In this document: positions 29,281-32,000 of the stretch, piece by piece
Position numbering within the stretch: the stretch's first letter is position 1
Layout of the letters: each line of letters opens with the position of its first letter
Assembly: GCF_001457615.1 (NCBI RefSeq)
Contig: NZ_LN831024.1
Location: 5,310,001 to 5,342,000, forward strand
Direction: 5' to 3'
DNA length: 32,000 nt
Source: Pseudomonas aeruginosa
GTDB taxonomy: Bacteria; Pseudomonadota; Gammaproteobacteria; Pseudomonadales; Pseudomonadaceae
Made by a program: the position numbers and the translations under genes
The notes under the pieces: generated by a model
What the model was told of the DNA's origin: nothing
The model's input: the letters and a program-made list of their open reading frames with translations, nothing else
Database searches by the model: none

Positions 29281-30452
29281 CAGGGCCGCCAGTTCTTCAG
29301 GCCGCGGGCGATCCGCTCCACCGCTTCCTGCAGGCGCGGCAGGTTCTGGGTATAGGCGAAACGCACGTGGTGGCCGGCCTGGTGGCGGCCGAAATCCAGC
29401 CCCGGAGTGAAGGCCACGTGCTCGGTCTCGATGAAGTGCTTGCAGAAGGCGTAGGCATCGCCGCCGAACGCACTGATATCGGCGTAGAGATAGAAGGCGC
29501 CTTCCGGCTCCACGGCGATTCCGAAACCCAGCTCGCGCAGGGCCGGCAGGAGGAAGTCGCGACGGCGGGCGAACTCTTCGCGACGCTCTTCGAGAATGGC
29601 GATGGTGGTCGGCTCGAAACAGGCCAGCGCGGCCTGCTGGGCCATGCTCGGCGCGCTGATGTAGAGGTTCTGCGCCAGCTTCTCCAGCTCAGGTACCGCC
29701 GCTGCCGGCGCCACCAGCCAGCCCAGGCGCCAGCCGGTCATGCCGAAATACTTGGAAAAACTATTCAGGACGAAAGCGTCGTCGTCGACTTCCAGCACCG
29801 ACGTGGCGTCCACGCCATAGGTCAGGCCGTGATAGATCTCGTCCACCACCAGGTGCCCGCCGCGGGCCTTCAAGGCGCCCGACAGGCCGGCCAGTTCGTC
29901 GCGATCGAGCAGGGTCCCGGTCGGATTCGCCGGCGTCGCCACCAGAGCGCCTACACTGTCTGAATCCCAGTGCCGCTCGATGAGATCCGGTGTCAGTTGG
30001 TAACGGCTGTCCGGCCCCACCGGCACCAGTTGCGCGGCGCCTTCCACCAGGCGCAGGAAATGCCTGTTGCACGGGTAGCCCGGGTCGGCGAGCAACCAGT
30101 GGCGGCCGGGGTCGACCAGCAAGCTGCTGGCCAGCAGCAGGGCTCCGGAACCGCCCGGAGTGACCAGCACGCGCTGTGGGTCGAGGTCGACCCCGTAGCG
30201 TTCGCCGTAGAATTTCGCGATCGCCTCGCGCAGCGCCGGCAGGCCGCGGGCGGCGGTGTAGCGGGTATGCCCGGCGGCCAGGGCGGCGCGCCCGGCCTCG
30301 ACGATCGGCTTGGCCGTGGTGAAGTCCGGCTCGCCGATCTCCAGGTGGATCACATCGTGGCCGGCGGCCTGCAACTCGTTGGCCCGCGCCAGCAGGGCCA
30401 TGACATGGAAAGGCTCGATGGCCCGACTGCGCGCGCTATAGGAGGTAGCCAT
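29280..30452 (-). CDS. Class I/II PLP-dependent aminotransferase
   Basis: 390 aa [46 protein letters not shown]...; [23 protein letters not shown]; overlaps the sfsA start codon by 1 nt. Confidence 0.93.
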   Translation of the reverse strand: MATSYSARSRAIEPFHVMALLARANELQAAGHDVIHLEIGEPDFTTAKPIVEAGRAALAAGHTRYTAARGLPALREAIAKFYGERYGVDLDPQRVLVTPGGSGALLLASSLLVDPGRHWLLADPGYPCNRHFLRLVEGAAQLVPVGPDSRYQLTPDLIERHWDSDSVGALVATPANPTGTLLDRDELAGLSGALKARGGHLVVDEIYHGLTYGVDATSVLEVDDDAFVLNSFSKYFGMTGWRLGWLVAPAAAVPELEKLAQNLYISAPSMAQQAALACFEPTTIAILEERREEFARRRDFLLPALRELGFGIAVEPEGAFYLYADISAFGGDAYAFCKHFIETEHVAFTPGLDFGRHQAGHHVRFAYTQNLPRLQEAVERIARGLKNWRP

Positions 30453-30644
30453 GGATATTCCGAACTTTGCGAGGAAAAACCGATTCTAACCAAGCCATTA
30501 CGCGGGCGACACCAGCCTCGACAACCGGGAGTAGCGCCAAGGTTATCGTTCTGGTAAGTTCGCCCGCTTGCGACCGCGGGGCCGGAGAGCCGGCGAGGGA
30601 ACCCTGCCGCGGACAGGATTAGCGAAAGTGAGAGGCGGCCATTC

Positions 30645-31091
30645 ATGTCCACCAAAGCAAAACAACAGAGCAGCCAGCAGATGACCCGCGGCTTCGAACC
30701 CTATCAGGAAACCAAGGGCGAGGAGTACATGAGCGAGCGCATGCGCGCGCACTTCACCGCGATCCTGAACAAATGGAAACAGGAGCTGATGGAAGAGGTC
30801 GACCGTACCGTGCATCACATGCAGGACGAAGCGGCCAACTTCCCCGATCCGGCCGACCGCGCCAGCCAGGAAGAAGAATTCAGCCTGGAACTGCGCGCCC
30901 GCGACCGCGAGCGCAAGCTGATCAAGAAGATCGACGAGACCCTGCAACTAATCGAAGACGAAGAGTACGGCTGGTGCGACTCCTGCGGCGTCGAGATCGG
31001 CATCCGTCGCCTGGAGGCGCGCCCCACCGCGACCCTCTGCATCGACTGCAAGACCCTCGCGGAAATCCGCGAGAAGCAACTCGGCTCCTGA
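30645..31091 (+). CDS. dksA: RNA polymerase-binding transcription factor DksA
   Basis: 148 aa MSTKAKQQSSQQMTRGFEPYQETKGEEYMSERMRAHFTAILNKWKQEL...FPDPADRASQEEEFSLELRARDRERKLIKKIDETL...YGWCDSCGVEIGIRRLEARPTATLCIDCKTLAEIREKQ; four-Cys zinc finger. Confidence 0.97.
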   Translation: MSTKAKQQSSQQMTRGFEPYQETKGEEYMSERMRAHFTAILNKWKQELMEEVDRTVHHMQDEAANFPDPADRASQEEEFSLELRARDRERKLIKKIDETLQLIEDEEYGWCDSCGVEIGIRRLEARPTATLCIDCKTLAEIREKQLGS

Positions 31092-31100
31092 GCCGGACCG

Positions 31101-31130
31101 ACGGGGCGCCAAGGCGCCCCGTTTCGTTTC
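31101..31130 (+). terminator. Hairpin with T-rich tail between dksA and gluQ-RS
   Basis: ACGGGGCGCC(31101-31110)/GGCGCCCCGT(31113-31122) followed by TTCGTTTC. Confidence 0.6.
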
Positions 31131-31158
31131 CGCCGTTCCCCGCCGCACCGCCCGCGCC

Positions 31159-32000
31159 ATGACCTCTTCCTATGTAGGCCGCTTCGCCCCGACGCCCAGC
31201 GGCTACCTGCACTTCGGTTCCCTGGTGGCGGCCGTCGCCTCCTACCTGGACGCGCGTGCCGTCGGCGGCCGCTGGCTGGTGCGCATGGAGGACCTCGACC
31301 CGCCCCGCGAAGTCCCGGGCGCCCAGCAGGCGATCCTGGAAACCCTGGAGCGCTACGGCTTCGAATGGGACGGCGCGGTGGAGCGGCAGAGCGAACGCTT
31401 CCCGGCCTACGCCGCAGTGGTCGAGCAACTGCTGCGCAGCGGCCTGGCCTACGCCTGCACTTGCTCGCGCAAGCAGCTTGAGGGATTCGCCAGGATCTAC
31501 CCGGGCTTCTGCCGCGACGCCGGGCACGCCCGCGAGGATGCGGCGATCCGCCTGCGCGTGCCGGAGCTGGAATATCGCTTCGTCGACCGCGTGCAGGGCG
31601 AAGTCCGCCAGCATCTCGGCCGCGAGGTCGGCGATTTCGTCATCCAGCGCCGCGATGGCTTCTACGCCTACCAACTGGCGGTGGTGCTGGACGACGCCTG
31701 GCAGGGCATCACCGACATCGTCCGCGGCGCCGACCTGCTCGACTCGACCCCGCGCCAGCTTTACCTCCAGGAATTGCTGGGGTTGAGCCAGCCGCGCTAC
31801 CTGCACGTGCCGCTGATCGTCCAGCCGGACGGGCACAAGCTCGGCAAGTCCTACCGCTCCCCGCCACTACCCGCCGAGCAGGCCGCCGCGCCGCTGACCC
31901 GCGCCCTGCGCGCGCTCGGCCAGCGGCCGCCGGCCGAACTGGCCCAGGCCAGCGCCAGCGAGGTGCTGGCCTGGGGCGTCGCGCACTGGGACGCCACGCG
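31159..32000 (+). CDS. gluQ: Glutamyl-Q tRNA(Asp) synthetase (3' end beyond window)
   Basis: MTSSYVGRFAPTPSGYLHFGSLVAAVASYLDARAVGGRWLVRMEDLDPPREVPGAQQAILETLERYGFEWDG...YACTCSRKQLEGFARIYPGFCRD...DGHKLGKS; class-I HIGH-like PSGYLHFG; downstream of dksA. Missing from the supplied ORF track because it runs off the window. Confidence 0.93.
   Translation, partial: MTSSYVGRFAPTPSGYLHFGSLVAAVASYLDARAVGGRWLVRMEDLDPPREVPGAQQAILETLERYGFEWDGAVERQSERFPAYAAVVEQLLRSGLAYACTCSRKQLEGFARIYPGFCRDAGHAREDAAIRLRVPELEYRFVDRVQGEVRQHLGREVGDFVIQRRDGFYAYQLAVVLDDAWQGITDIVRGADLLDSTPRQLYLQELLGLSQPRYLHVPLIVQPDGHKLGKSYRSPPLPAEQAAAPLTRALRALGQRPPAELAQASASEVLAWGVAHWDAT

Overview
This 32 kb window looks like ordinary Pseudomonas aeruginosa core chromosome. 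Order: pssA (partial), ilvC-ilvH-ilvI, a DUF4124-like gene, a YqcC-like gene, lpoP-mrcB, a phosphotransferase/P-loop kinase fusion, a pentapeptide-like ORF, a TfoX C-terminal-like gene, cbpA, tandem sRNAs prrF1/prrF2 (with composite PrrH), the haem uptake locus phuR / phuSTUVW, small conserved genes, a PhzF-like gene, a YpfJ-like metallopeptidase, a SecD-like lipoprotein, a purine permease, trmA, sfsA, two aminotransferases, dksA and gluQ-RS (partial). I see no phage, IS element, CRISPR array, toxin-antitoxin or defence island, and no convincing undescribed multi-gene system. The observations most worth following up are: (1) a single-base insertion that splits ilvC; (2) a single-base loss that splits the YpfJ-like metallopeptidase gene (both are homopolymer-type indels, so sequencing error must be excluded first); (3) a ~250 nt leader with a long compensating stem upstream of the NCS2 purine permease, a candidate cis-regulatory RNA; (4) the tandem prrF duplication beside the phu locus; (5) an AT-rich island with a near-palindrome in a putative ilvI promoter. 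Product names come from recognised protein sequence and synteny; no database search was run.
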